From contig CAWEPF010000002.1 of the NCBI GenBank assembly GCA_963810925.1, positions 28,233 through 92,232 of the forward strand: a stretch of DNA of 64,000 bases, read 5' to 3'. The notes below the pieces were generated by a model. The model was not told where the DNA came from. It ran no database searches and saw only the letters and a program-made list of their open reading frames with translations. Below are positions 48,492-58,104 of this stretch, piece by piece. Each line of letters starts with the position of its first letter. Within the stretch, counting starts at the first letter, position 1. The position numbers and the translations under genes are program-made. The stretch comes from an uncultured Chloroflexia bacterium. GTDB taxonomy: Bacteria > Chloroflexota > Limnocylindria > QHBO01.

Positions 48492-50080
48492 CCGAGCGCA
48501 AGTCCCGCTTTACGACCCAATCCGGGGTCGAGATCAATCGGCTGTACACCGCGGACGACCTGGCCGGCTGGGACCCGGAGCGCGACCTCGGGGAGCCGGG
48601 CACACCGCCCTTCACCCGCGGCATCCACCCCACCGGCCATCGCGGGCGGCTGTGGACGATGCGCATGTTCGCCGGCTTCGGGGCCGCGGAGGACACGAAC
48701 GCCCGCTTCCGCCGCCTGATCGCCGAAGGCGGGACGGGCCTGTCCATCGCCTACGACATGCCCACCCTGTACGGGTACGACCACGACGACCCGGAGGCGG
48801 CGGGCGAATTCGGGACGTGCGGGGTGGCGGTCAGCAGCCTGGCCGACATGGAGATCCTGCTCGACGGCCTGCCCATCGGTGAGCTGAGCACCTCGATGAC
48901 CATCAACTCGCCCGCGGCCATGATCTGGGCGATGTACATCGTGGCCGCCGAGAAGGCCGGCGTGCCGCGCGCGCAGCTGGCGGGCACGCTCCAGAACGAC
49001 ATCCTCAAGGAGTTCATCGCCCAGAAGGAGTACATCTTCCCGCCGGCGCCCTCGCTGCGCCTCGTGACCGACACCGTCCAGTTCGGGACGGCCGAGCTGC
49101 CGCGCTGGAACACGATCAGCATCAGCGGCTATCACATCCGCGAGGCGGGCTCGACCGCCGTCCAGGAGCTGGCGTTCACGATCGCCGACGGGATCGCCTA
49201 CGTCGAGGACGCCCTCGCCCGGGGCATGGCCTTCGACGACTTCGCACCGCGCCTGTCGTTCTTCTTCAACAGCCACAACGACTTCTTCGAGGAGATCGCC
49301 AAGTTCCGGGCCGCGCGCCGGATGTGGTACCAGCTCTGCACGCAGCGCTTCGGGGCGGAGAACGAGCGGTCGACCTGGATGCGGTTCCACACCCAGACCG
49401 CGGGCGTGTCCCTCACCGCCCAGCAGCCCCTGAACAACCTGACCCGGGTCGCGATCCAGGCCCTGGCCGCGGTGCTGGGCGGGACCCAGTCGCTCCATAC
49501 CGATGCGTACGACGAGGCGTGGGCCGTTCCCTCGGAAGCGGCCGCCCTCCTCGCCCTCCGCCAGCAGCAGGTCCTGGCGGAGGAGTCCGGCGTGGCCAAC
49601 ACGGTGGATCCGCTGGGTGGGTCGTACTTCGTTGAGGCGCTGACCAACCAGACCGAGGCGGCCGCGTGGGAGTACATCCGTCGCATCGACGACATGGGCG
49701 GCATGCTGGCTGCCGTCGAGGCGGGCTATCCCCAGGCCGAGATCGCGGACGCGGCGTACGCCCAGGTCCAGGCCCTGGAGTCGGGGGAGCACAGCCTGGT
49801 GGGCGTCACCCGCTACGCCGATCCGAACGAGGAGCTGCGCATCCCGCTCCTGGAGATCACGCCCGAGATGGAGCGCCGCCACCTCGACCGCCTGGTCCGC
49901 GTCCGCGCCGAGCGGGACGCCGACGCGCACGCGCGGGCCATCACCCGTCTCCACGACGAGGCGGTCCGGGACGACGTCAACCTCATGCCCGCCATCATCG
50001 CGGGCCGTGGAGGCGTACGCGACCATCGGTGAGATGTGCGGGGTCCTGCGTGGCGTCTTCGGGGAGTACCGCGAGCCGCT
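48488..50080 (+). CDS. icmA: acyl-CoA mutase large (catalytic) subunit, isobutyryl-CoA mutase-type signature; one frame interruption
   Basis: The GTG overlaps the cyclase stop (GTGA). [26 protein letters not shown] and [21 protein letters not shown] carry Phe and Gln where methylmalonyl-CoA mutase has Tyr89/Arg207. The C-terminus ...[27 protein letters not shown] is reached after a shift near ~50003. There is no fused B12 domain. Confidence 0.8.
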
Positions 50081-50235
50081 CGCCGTCTGACGCGTACTTC
50101 AGGGTTCCTCGAGGGGGTACCGGCGGCTCACGTCGGCTGACCAAGGTACCCCCGCGAGGGTGAAACCTTCGCCATCCCCATCGGCTCAAGCGTTGTAGAG
50201 ACTGGCATCGGCCTGGCACGGGCCGCCGAGCCCTC

Positions 50236-50952
50236 ATGTCGCGTGGGGTCAACAACATGAAGCTAAGCCCGCGTTTCGCGATCGTGCTGTTCGCTGCACT
50301 CGGTCTCGTGCTGGTCGCGATTACCGATCGCATCCTGCCCGGGACCACCGAGCACCAGCAGGAGCTGCAGATCTGGCTTGCCGCGCGCGCAACCGGGGTC
50401 GCGGGGCTCGTGTTGCTCGCCGTGATGGTGGTACTCGGCATCCTGATGAGCCACCCGGAGCAGACCCGCTGGAAGGCCGCCAAGACGATCTACCCGTGGC
50501 ACGAGACGCTCTGGGTCTTCGTATTGGCCTTCATGGTCGTCCACGCCGTAAGCCTGGCGCTCGATCCGTTCGCCGAGGTCGGGCTGGGCGGGATGCTGGT
50601 CCCCGGCCTCTCGACGTATCGACCCATCCCCGTCGCGATTGGCGTGGTGGCGCTGTACGCCGCCCTGATCACCGGCCTCACCGCGCGCTTTACCAAGCTC
50701 CTGCCCACCGGGTGGTGGCTGAAGCTCCACCGGTTTGCGCTCGTGGTCCTGGCCCTTGCCTGGACCCATGGCGTCCTGGCAGGGACCGACACGCTTGCGT
50801 TCGCGCCCTTCTACTGGGGGATCGCTGCCGCAGTCGCCGTGGCCGGTGCCCACCGCTTCTGGATCATGCGCCCACGGGTGGTCCGGAAGACGACTCACGC
50901 CCTTGTTCCAGCACCGGAGGACACGCATGAACCATCCGTTCGTACGCCGTAG
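50236..50952 (+). CDS. ferric-reductase-like (FRD/MsrQ-like) di-heme transmembrane protein
   Basis: 238 aa, 6 TM. Two His pairs with FRD-type spacing: HETLWVFVLAFMVVH and HRFALVVLALAWTH. Confidence 0.65.
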   Translation: MSRGVNNMKLSPRFAIVLFAALGLVLVAITDRILPGTTEHQQELQIWLAARATGVAGLVLLAVMVVLGILMSHPEQTRWKAAKTIYPWHETLWVFVLAFMVVHAVSLALDPFAEVGLGGMLVPGLSTYRPIPVAIGVVALYAALITGLTARFTKLLPTGWWLKLHRFALVVLALAWTHGVLAGTDTLAFAPFYWGIAAAVAVAGAHRFWIMRPRVVRKTTHALVPAPEDTHEPSVRTP

Positions 50953-51388
50953 CCTGGTCGTGGCCGTGGCCGCAGCCGCACTGGTCGGTGGGCTACTCGC
51001 GGTCAACGTCGCCGCGGACTGGGTCGCTACCGCAACCAACCTGGATCAGGCTCCGCCGAACGCCGAGGACCTCATGGACCAGCTGGAAGCGGAGCGCGCG
51101 TACGCAGCCGACCTGGCCACGCAGCTCCAGGACATGGCCGCACGCGCCGCCGAACTGGAGGCGGCGCTGGCCGCAACGCAGGGCAAGGCGAGCACCGATG
51201 CCGCCACGGCCTCGGCGCTGGCACAACAGCTCGCAGCTGCGCAGGCGCAGCTCGCCGCTCTCCAGGGACAGGTCGCTGCGGCCGGGACAGGATCGCAGCC
51301 CGGTCCCACGCCCCAGCCCAGCGGTGGTGGCGGGGAACACCATCACGCGACGCCGGAGCCCACCCAATCGCCGGAGCCGCCCGACTGA
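50927..51388 (+). CDS. hypothetical membrane-anchored coiled-coil protein with His-rich tail
   Basis: The ATG at 50927 within ORF 50735..51388 is preceded by GGAGGA. N-terminal TM, Ala/Gln/Leu coiled coil, then GGGGEHHHATPEP. Confidence 0.5.
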   Translation: MNHPFVRRSLVVAVAAAALVGGLLAVNVAADWVATATNLDQAPPNAEDLMDQLEAERAYAADLATQLQDMAARAAELEAALAATQGKASTDAATASALAQQLAAAQAQLAALQGQVAAAGTGSQPGPTPQPSGGGGEHHHATPEPTQSPEPPD

Positions 51389-51807
51389 TGGCCGGAAGCC
51401 GTCCGGTCCTCCACCTACCGATCGCCGCCGCACTGTGCTCGGGCTTGTACGCGCTGAGCCTCGCCACGGTCACGGCCCTCCAGGCCCACCACGAGGCGGA
51501 GGTGACGGCCGACCGAGCGCCGCTGGTCGACGCCGCAGCACGGGCAGCCGACGAGCGAGCCCGCATGCTGGAGACGGTCGCTCAGGCCAATGCGGCCCTG
51601 CAGGCGGCCACCGACCAGTACAACGCGGCCGTGTCCGCGTCCGGCGAGCTTGACCAGCGGCTGTCTGCGCTCGCAGCCAGCGTGGCCGCCTTGAGCGGCG
51701 CGGCGGCGCGGATCCCGGCATCGGCTCCGCTGCCCGCCGCCCCCGGGGCCGTCGCGGCGCCCGCACCTCCACCGGTCCAGGGCACGACGGGCGCCTCGGG
51801 ACAGTGA
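51388..51807 (+). CDS. hypothetical membrane-anchored protein
   Basis: 139 aa. Start overlaps the previous stop (TGATG). N-terminal hydrophobic helix, Ala-rich helical region, Pro/Ala tail ending VQGTTGASGQ. Confidence 0.45.
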   Translation: MAGSRPVLHLPIAAALCSGLYALSLATVTALQAHHEAEVTADRAPLVDAAARAADERARMLETVAQANAALQAATDQYNAAVSASGELDQRLSALAASVAALSGAAARIPASAPLPAAPGAVAAPAPPPVQGTTGASGQ

Positions 51808-51856
51808 CCTCGGCGCAGGCGGAGTTGCGCGGCGCCGAGAGGCTCGTACCGACGAG

Positions 51857-52789
51857 GTGTTCGAGGGGCGAGCCATGGGCTCGGCCCTGCGGCTCACGCT
51901 GGTGGGTGTCGCTCCGCGCCTCGCGCGGCACGTGTGGTCCGCGTTCAGGCAGACATGGCACAGAGCGATGTGGTGCTGTCGCAGGTTCCGGGATGACAGC
52001 GACCTTACGCGGCTGAATCGGGCACGTGGAGGTGAACCCTCCCCCGTCGATCGGCGCCTGTATGCCTTGTTGGCGACGTCCCATCGCGCTCAGCGCGTGA
52101 CGGAGGGGCGCTTTGATCCGCGCGTGCTCGCCCGCCTGGAGGCCATGGGCGAGCACGGGGCAGCGGTGCAAGGGCTGGACGGGGACGCGCCCCTCGACGG
52201 CGCGCAGTGGCTGCTTCGGGAGCCACGCGAGCGTCGGGCAGCCGTTACGCGGCCCGTGGACTCAGGAGGACTTGGCAAAGGCCTCGGCCTGCGGTGGGCA
52301 CTTCAGGTGGCACGCGCAGAGGCACCCGCTGCGCGCGGGGTACTGATCGAAGCGGGAGGAGATCTCGTCGCCTGGGGCCGCGGCCCCGGCGGTCCTGAAG
52401 CTCCGTGGCTCGTGGGCATCGAGGACCCGACTGAAGGGTCGGTCACGCCGGCCGCGGTGCTCGAGATCGCCGAAGGGGCGGTAGCCACCTCGTCAACCGC
52501 CGTTCGTCGCTGGATGTCTCCCGAGGGGGTCATGGTCCACCACTTGATCGATCCGCGTACCGGGCTCCCTGGCGGAGACGGGCTCCTCTCGGTCACGGTG
52601 CGGCATGCCGACCCCGCATGGGCGGAGGTCTGGTCCAAGGCGTTATTCCTGGCGGGCCCTCAGGCGATCGGGCCGGAGGCTCGGGCCCGAGATATGGCTG
52701 CATGGTGGGTGGAGTCCGATGGCTCGCTGCACATGACGCCAGCCGCCCGAATGAGCACGACCTGGACGCACACCGAAGGATTCATCTAG
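51857..52789 (+). CDS. apbE: FAD:protein FMN transferase (ApbE family)
   Basis: 310 aa. ...AMGSALRLTL..., RFRDDSDLTRLN (S-x-f-x-x-S-e-l-s-r-l-N pattern), GGLGKGLG, EAGGDL, ATSSTAVRRW, and HHLIDPRTG motifs. Confidence 0.75.
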   Translation: MFEGRAMGSALRLTLVGVAPRLARHVWSAFRQTWHRAMWCCRRFRDDSDLTRLNRARGGEPSPVDRRLYALLATSHRAQRVTEGRFDPRVLARLEAMGEHGAAVQGLDGDAPLDGAQWLLREPRERRAAVTRPVDSGGLGKGLGLRWALQVARAEAPAARGVLIEAGGDLVAWGRGPGGPEAPWLVGIEDPTEGSVTPAAVLEIAEGAVATSSTAVRRWMSPEGVMVHHLIDPRTGLPGGDGLLSVTVRHADPAWAEVWSKALFLAGPQAIGPEARARDMAAWWVESDGSLHMTPAARMSTTWTHTEGFI

Positions 52790-52818
52790 CCGACAGTGCG
52801 GCGCCGCCCATCGACCGG

Positions 52819-55671
52819 TCAGTCGGGCGGATGCTCCGCGGTTCGACCCTGGAGACGGAGATAGATCCAGCCGGCACCGATCAGCAGCACGCCCAGGCCC
52901 ACGAAGGACAGGACGCGGAAGGCGACGTCCAGCGCCGCGAGGTCGACGATGAAGACCTTGACCGTGGCCACTCCGAGGAGGGCGAGGCCGAAGACCCGTA
53001 CCGGGAGGCTGCGGATCGCGAGTCCGGCCAGCAGGGTGCCAAGTCCCAGCGTGGCCCAGCACGCACTGAGGGCCACCTGGCCGATGTACTCCAGGTCGGC
53101 CGCTGCGAGCGAGCCGCCCGCCACCCACTCCACCACGTCGATGACCATGACCGAGACGAGGTACACCGCGCCCACGCCCGCCGCGGCGGCGAAGCCCAAG
53201 CGCTGGCGCGGGTCGTTGCTCAGCCATGCTGTGAACGCCAGGAGGCCGATGCTCGCCAGGGCGGCCGCCGTCCCCTCGTTGAAAATTGGTGTTTGCGGAT
53301 CGAACCCGGCGATCAGCGACTGCGGCGGCACGACCGCGAGCAAGTACAGGCCGATGGCGAGCACACCGAGGACGGCACCCGCATACCCAAGTGCGGGGTG
53401 GGAGAGCCACCACTCACGGCCGGCCAGGAGCGCTCCACCGAGGAGAGACCAGCCCACCACGACCCACGCCAACGGGAGCTCGAACGGCAGCAGATACGCA
53501 ACCGTTGACGCGGCAAGGATGACGCTCGTGGCGCGCCACCACCCACGCTCGCCCAGCATTCCGGAGGCCAGGCCGGCGATGACCAGGCCAAGCACCATGG
53601 CGCTCCCCGCATCCACGAACGGAACCGGTGGGGTCGCGGCCTGGCCCACCAGCAAGTCGGCCAGGTGGCGAAGTGGGAGCTCGGTGGCCAGCGTCGTTCC
53701 GTAGGCGAGTACTGCCGATGCGGCCACGACCACCATGAGGGCGATCGGGGCACCACGAGCCGCTGCCGGAATGAGGGGGAAAGCATCATCGGTCTGGACG
53801 CGGAGCCATCGCCAGCACGCGCCGGCCCCGATAACGGCGGCCAGGCCCCAGGCCCAGATCAAGGTCACACCGACGAGCTCGTGGGGCAGCGCCCAGCTGA
53901 CCAGGCCGATCAGGACGGCGGCAAGGTACGACCGTTCGATGTTCGTCCGCAGGATGACAAGGGCCGCTCCGCCCACGGCGAGGGTCCAGCCCAGGGCCAG
54001 GCCTGCAGGGTCGGCAAACGGGAATCCGGCGCCGCCGACCGTGGCGACGGCCACGAACGCGGGCGGGTATTCGATCGCCATCAGGTGGCCCGCGGCGAGC
54101 AGACCCAGGATCAGCGCCCCCAGTCCGCTGAGGGGGTGCCGTCGGTTGACGTAGATCCAGGTCAGGGCCAGTGCCTCGGCCGCCCAGATCATCGGCACCG
54201 GGGCGCCGTGGAAGTGCAAAGGCACGGCCAAGGTCGCCGCGCTGACGCCCGTGCCAAGGGCCAGCAGGCCGAACGGATGTCGATCGCCGCCGCGATACAG
54301 GAAGCTCCCTCCCAGGGCCAGGTACCCCAGACCGACCACAAGGACCGTCACGCCCTCGAAGGCCGACGCGGCATCGGCCAATACGACGATCAAGGCCCAG
54401 ACCACGAATCCGGCGCTGGCGACCAGCAGGACCGCGGACGATGGGCTGAGCTCGCGACGAAGCACCCGCCACTCCTCTCCCGCCGCGGCCACGGCGTTGA
54501 GGGCACCGAATCCCAACAGAACGGGCACCGCCTGGATCGGTTCCGGCGTGCCTGCGGCATAGACCGCCAGTTGAGGGGCGGTCAGCACGAATGCCAGCGA
54601 CGGCAACCAGCGCCAGGACTGGGAGATCGCGATCACCGTGGTGGCCACCAGGGCGACCCCGAGGAACAGGACGGTCATCAGCGACGGCTCGGCCCCGGTG
54701 AGGGGCGGCGCGACCAGAACCGTCACGAGCCCCAGCCCGGCCAGCACCTGGGACCGGACACGAATGGCCAGCGCGGCCGCCGACAGGTCGGCGATCAGGG
54801 CGGCAAGGATGCCCAGTTCGGGCGGGGCCAGGCCGTACAGCTGGGTCGCCGCGAAGATGGCCAGCGAGATGACGCCGAGGCCGACGCCGACCAGGACGTG
54901 GCCGATGACCGCCTGGCTGCGAAACAGGAGCGCCGCACCCAGCAGGTACGTCGCGGTACCGGCCGCCAACCCGATCAGGACGCGACCTTCTTCCCCGATC
55001 CAACCGCGGCTGAACGCCAATCCGAGGAAGAGGATCGCGGCGACGACCAGGGCCACGCCACCGATGATCGGCAGCAACCGACCGGCCACCAGTTGCTCGA
55101 GCTCCGCGGTGGACGCCGACCGCAGCTGCTGCACCCGGACCTCGATGAAGGAAGGTGGGGCCGGTTGAACGGGCGGCGCCGGCGCGACCGGAGGCTGTGT
55201 GGCCACCGCCGCGGCCGCCGGGCCCCACAGGGCCGGGGCGACGACGGCAGGCGTCGCCACCACCGGGGCGGCCGGAGGCGCCGTCGGGACGGGCGGTCCT
55301 GGATGGACGGCAGGCGCTGCGGCCGAAAGCCCCGCGACCTGCCGCTCAAGGACGGCAATCCGCGCCCGGCTCCGCTGTTCCCGACCGGTCACGACCGACG
55401 TCACGAGGCCGATCCCAATCGCCAGAGCGATGCCATACCCGGTTGCGAGCACGACAATCGCGGCACCGATCCCGAGCGCCACGGCCACGCCAAGACCCGA
55501 GTTGGGCGGCGCCTGCGCGGCGACCTGGGTCCAGCCCGTTGAGGGGGCTTCGCGTCCGGCCGTCAGCACGCCACATCGGCGGCATTCGTACCCATTCCGC
55601 GACTGGTTCCACCACTGCGCATACAGCGGGGCGCCGCAGGCTTCGCACACGAGCGCGGTGTCGCTGCTCAT
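52819..55671 (-). CDS. giant polytopic membrane protein, DUF2339-like, with N-terminal zinc ribbon
   Basis: 950 aa. CEACGAP...CRRCG zinc ribbon, a short coiled segment RARIAVLERQVAGL, a Pro/Ala linker, then more than 20 hydrophobic helices to the C-terminus. Confidence 0.55.
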   Translation of the reverse strand: MSSDTALVCEACGAPLYAQWWNQSRNGYECRRCGVLTAGREAPSTGWTQVAAQAPPNSGLGVAVALGIGAAIVVLATGYGIALAIGIGLVTSVVTGREQRSRARIAVLERQVAGLSAAAPAVHPGPPVPTAPPAAPVVATPAVVAPALWGPAAAAVATQPPVAPAPPVQPAPPSFIEVRVQQLRSASTAELEQLVAGRLLPIIGGVALVVAAILFLGLAFSRGWIGEEGRVLIGLAAGTATYLLGAALLFRSQAVIGHVLVGVGLGVISLAIFAATQLYGLAPPELGILAALIADLSAAALAIRVRSQVLAGLGLVTVLVAPPLTGAEPSLMTVLFLGVALVATTVIAISQSWRWLPSLAFVLTAPQLAVYAAGTPEPIQAVPVLLGFGALNAVAAAGEEWRVLRRELSPSSAVLLVASAGFVVWALIVVLADAASAFEGVTVLVVGLGYLALGGSFLYRGGDRHPFGLLALGTGVSAATLAVPLHFHGAPVPMIWAAEALALTWIYVNRRHPLSGLGALILGLLAAGHLMAIEYPPAFVAVATVGGAGFPFADPAGLALGWTLAVGGAALVILRTNIERSYLAAVLIGLVSWALPHELVGVTLIWAWGLAAVIGAGACWRWLRVQTDDAFPLIPAAARGAPIALMVVVAASAVLAYGTTLATELPLRHLADLLVGQAATPPVPFVDAGSAMVLGLVIAGLASGMLGERGWWRATSVILAASTVAYLLPFELPLAWVVVGWSLLGGALLAGREWWLSHPALGYAGAVLGVLAIGLYLLAVVPPQSLIAGFDPQTPIFNEGTAAALASIGLLAFTAWLSNDPRQRLGFAAAAGVGAVYLVSVMVIDVVEWVAGGSLAAADLEYIGQVALSACWATLGLGTLLAGLAIRSLPVRVFGLALLGVATVKVFIVDLAALDVAFRVLSFVGLGVLLIGAGWIYLRLQGRTAEHPPD

Positions 55672-55923
55672 GAGCCGGTCGCTCCGGGTCGCGCCACAGG
55701 CATTCCGATCACCCTATCTCGCGGCGAATGCGGCCATGGTTGCTCGGGTGGACTACGGAAGGACTGCGGACCTTCCTGACGGCGGAATTGGTGGGCAGCG
55801 CGCAGTCCGGGACGGATGCCAGGAGTGCCGCTTACGGGTGGCTGCCGATCACCGTACCACCAGGCCATCACCACGCCCCCTCCGGGGCACGCACGCGACG
55901 CCATCGGTCCGTAGGATCTCCGC

Positions 55924-56796
55924 GTGAAGGTCCACCTCGTTGACGCCACGTTCGAGCTGTTCCGCGCGTTCCACTCGCGCCCGCCGGAGCGAGGTCCCGA
56001 TGGGCGACCGGTGAACGCGGTGCGAGGGCTCATCGACTCGCTCCTGAGCCTGCTCCGCGAGCCGGACGTGACGCACATCGGTGCGGCGACCGACCACGTC
56101 ATCGAGAGCTGGCGCAACGACGTATTCCCCGGATACAAGTCGAGCGCGGGCATCGAGCGCGAGCTGCTGAGCCAGTTCGACCTCGCCGAATGGGCCATCC
56201 GCGCGCTGGGCATCTCGCTGTGGCCCATGGTCGAGGACGAAGCGGACGACGCCCTGGCCACGGTCGCCGCACGGGCGGCGGCCGACCCGCGCGTGGAGCA
56301 GGTCGTGATCTGCAGCGTGGACAAGGACCTCGCCCAGTGCGTGCGCGGGCAGCGCGTCGTGCTGCGCGACCGGATGCGGACGATCACGTACGACGAGGAC
56401 GGCGTTCGTGCGAAGTTCGGCGTGGACCCGACCAGCATGGCGGACTACCTCGCCCTGGTCGGCGACAGCGCCGATGGGTACCCCGGTCTGCCGGGGTGGG
56501 GCGCCCGGAGCGCCGGCGCGGTGCTCGCCCGCTGGAAGCACCTCGAGGGCATTCCCGACGACCCGCTGACCTGGGACGTGGACGTCCGCGGCGCAGGCCG
56601 GTTGGCCGCGACATTCCGCCAGCAGCGCGACGAGGCATTCCTGTACCGGCGCCTCGCAACCTTGGGGACCACGGCGGACGCTCCGGAAGAGGTAGACGAC
56701 CTGGCCTGGCACGGGGTCCTGCGCGAGCCATTCGAGGCGCTGTGCGCGGAGCTTGGCTTCGAGTCCATCCCGGCACGGGTCCATCGCTGGGCCTGA
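55924..56796 (+). CDS. stand-alone 5'-3' exonuclease (FEN / Pol I N-terminal domain family)
   Basis: 290 aa. HLVDATFELFRAF, EDEADDALATV, SVDKDLAQ, and the H3TH segment VGDSADGYPGLPGWGARSA. Confidence 0.8.
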   Translation: MKVHLVDATFELFRAFHSRPPERGPDGRPVNAVRGLIDSLLSLLREPDVTHIGAATDHVIESWRNDVFPGYKSSAGIERELLSQFDLAEWAIRALGISLWPMVEDEADDALATVAARAAADPRVEQVVICSVDKDLAQCVRGQRVVLRDRMRTITYDEDGVRAKFGVDPTSMADYLALVGDSADGYPGLPGWGARSAGAVLARWKHLEGIPDDPLTWDVDVRGAGRLAATFRQQRDEAFLYRRLATLGTTADAPEEVDDLAWHGVLREPFEALCAELGFESIPARVHRWA

Positions 56797-56919
56797 GCCA
56801 CGGGCTCACCCTCCCGGACCACACCGCACCCCACCAGACCATCGCGCACTGGTACTCGGGGGCCACTCCAGGGGGACCATCGGCCCGGCTGACCCGGCGA
56901 GGGCCGCCCGATACGGTCA

Positions 56920-57906
56920 TTGGCGATGCCGCGCCGTGCTGTGGCGGCGTCGCTCCTGGTCGCTGGAGCCCTGTTGGGAAGCGGCTGGCCGGGATCGATC
57001 GCCCCCGCGACCGCCTCCTCGTGCAGTGGCTGGACGAGCGAATCCACTCCGCCGCCCACCATTCGCGTGTTTCGGGCTGCGACCGGCGCGGTCGAGACGG
57101 TTGACTTCAAGGTCTATGCCAAGAACGTCCTGAGCCGCGAATGGATCGGTTCGTGGACGACCGAGTCCCTGCGCTCGGGGGGCGTGGCCGTGAAGATGTA
57201 CGCCTGGTACCACGTCCTCCACTGGCGGGGGCTGACCAACGCCGACGGCGCCTGTTTCGACGTGTACGACGACACTCGCGACCAGGTCTACAACCCCGCT
57301 CAGCCCACCTGGTCGAGTGCCGCCGCGGCGGTGGACGCCACGTGGGCCACCCGGGCGTTGAAGAGCGGGAGCATCTACCCGACCTATTACAACGCTGGAG
57401 CCTCGAACGAGGCGTGCGGCGCCAATGCGAACGGCTGGCGGATGTACCAGTGGGGCACGCAGGCCTGTGGCCTGGGCGGGCTGAGCGCCGCCCAGATCCT
57501 GCTGACCTACTACTACCCCGGATGGACCGTGACCGATGCGCCGGGCCCGCCGGCGCCCACGGCGACGCCGGTGCCGACGCCCGTTCCGACGCCCGTTCCC
57601 ACACCGGCCCCAACCCCCACGCCCCCGCCCACGGCTCCGCCCACCGGGACCCCGGCCCCAACCCCGGTCCCGACGCCGCACCCCACGCCGGCACCCACGC
57701 CTCCGCCACCGCCTCCACCGCCTCCACCTCCACCGCCCACCGGCGGCTCACCGGGCGGCGGCCAGTCCGGGATCGAAGGCCAGGCCACGCCCCCACCCCC
57801 GCCGCCGGCCAATCCGGACGTGGTCGCGATCACGACCGACACGACCCGATTCCTCGGGCTCCCCGATCGAGCGGGAGCCATGGCTGCGCCGCCCGGCGGC
57901 CAGTGA
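56920..57906 (+). CDS. secreted SpoIID/LytB-like domain protein with Pro/Thr-rich tail
   Basis: 328 aa. Signal peptide MAMPRRAVAASLLVAGALLG. VDFKVYAKNVLSREWIGSWTTESLRSGGVAVKMYAWY resembles the SpoIID/LytB core. The C-terminal part is low complexity. Confidence 0.5.
   Translation: MAMPRRAVAASLLVAGALLGSGWPGSIAPATASSCSGWTSESTPPPTIRVFRAATGAVETVDFKVYAKNVLSREWIGSWTTESLRSGGVAVKMYAWYHVLHWRGLTNADGACFDVYDDTRDQVYNPAQPTWSSAAAAVDATWATRALKSGSIYPTYYNAGASNEACGANANGWRMYQWGTQACGLGGLSAAQILLTYYYPGWTVTDAPGPPAPTATPVPTPVPTPVPTPAPTPTPPPTAPPTGTPAPTPVPTPHPTPAPTPPPPPPPPPPPPPTGGSPGGGQSGIEGQATPPPPPPANPDVVAITTDTTRFLGLPDRAGAMAAPPGGQ
57538..57738 (+). repeat. coding low-complexity tract: (T/A)P(V/A)PTP repeats and a run of 13 consecutive Pro codons
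   Basis: Translates to APGPPAPTATPVPTPVPTPVPTPAPTPTPPPTAPPTGTPAPTPVPTPHPTPAPTPPPPPPPPPPPPP. The DNA shows imperfect ACGCCCGTTCC(G/C) units. Confidence 0.85.
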
Positions 57907-58104
57907 TCGGTTCTTCGCCGGGGACCAGCGGGTCAGCACGGCCGATGGCCCTCCAGCTTCGACTGACGGACCCCCGGAGGCCCGCGAGCTCCCGGCTCCG
58001 GTGATCCGCGACCTCGCCGGACGGCTGGCGATTGCCCTCTTCGTGGGCACGGCCGACCCCGCGCTGGCCACCCCGCCGGTCGATCTCCCCGCCGTGGCGG
58101 GTCG

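Noticed and set aside
48239-50026. A 595-aa minus-strand ORF.
   Set aside because: It is antisense to icmA, which has strong mutase motifs. This is a shadow ORF.
53665-55542. A 625-aa plus-strand ORF, and a 480-aa minus-strand alternative-frame ORF at 53786..55228.
   Set aside because: Both overlap the 950-aa DUF2339-like gene, whose frame gives coherent TM helices. These alternatives are Arg/Gly/Pro-rich shadows.
57538-57738. Short tandem DNA repeats that might be taken for a CRISPR-like or VNTR array.
   Set aside because: The units are ~12 nt, imperfect, without spacers, and lie in frame inside a coding Pro/Thr-rich linker. No cas genes are present in the window.
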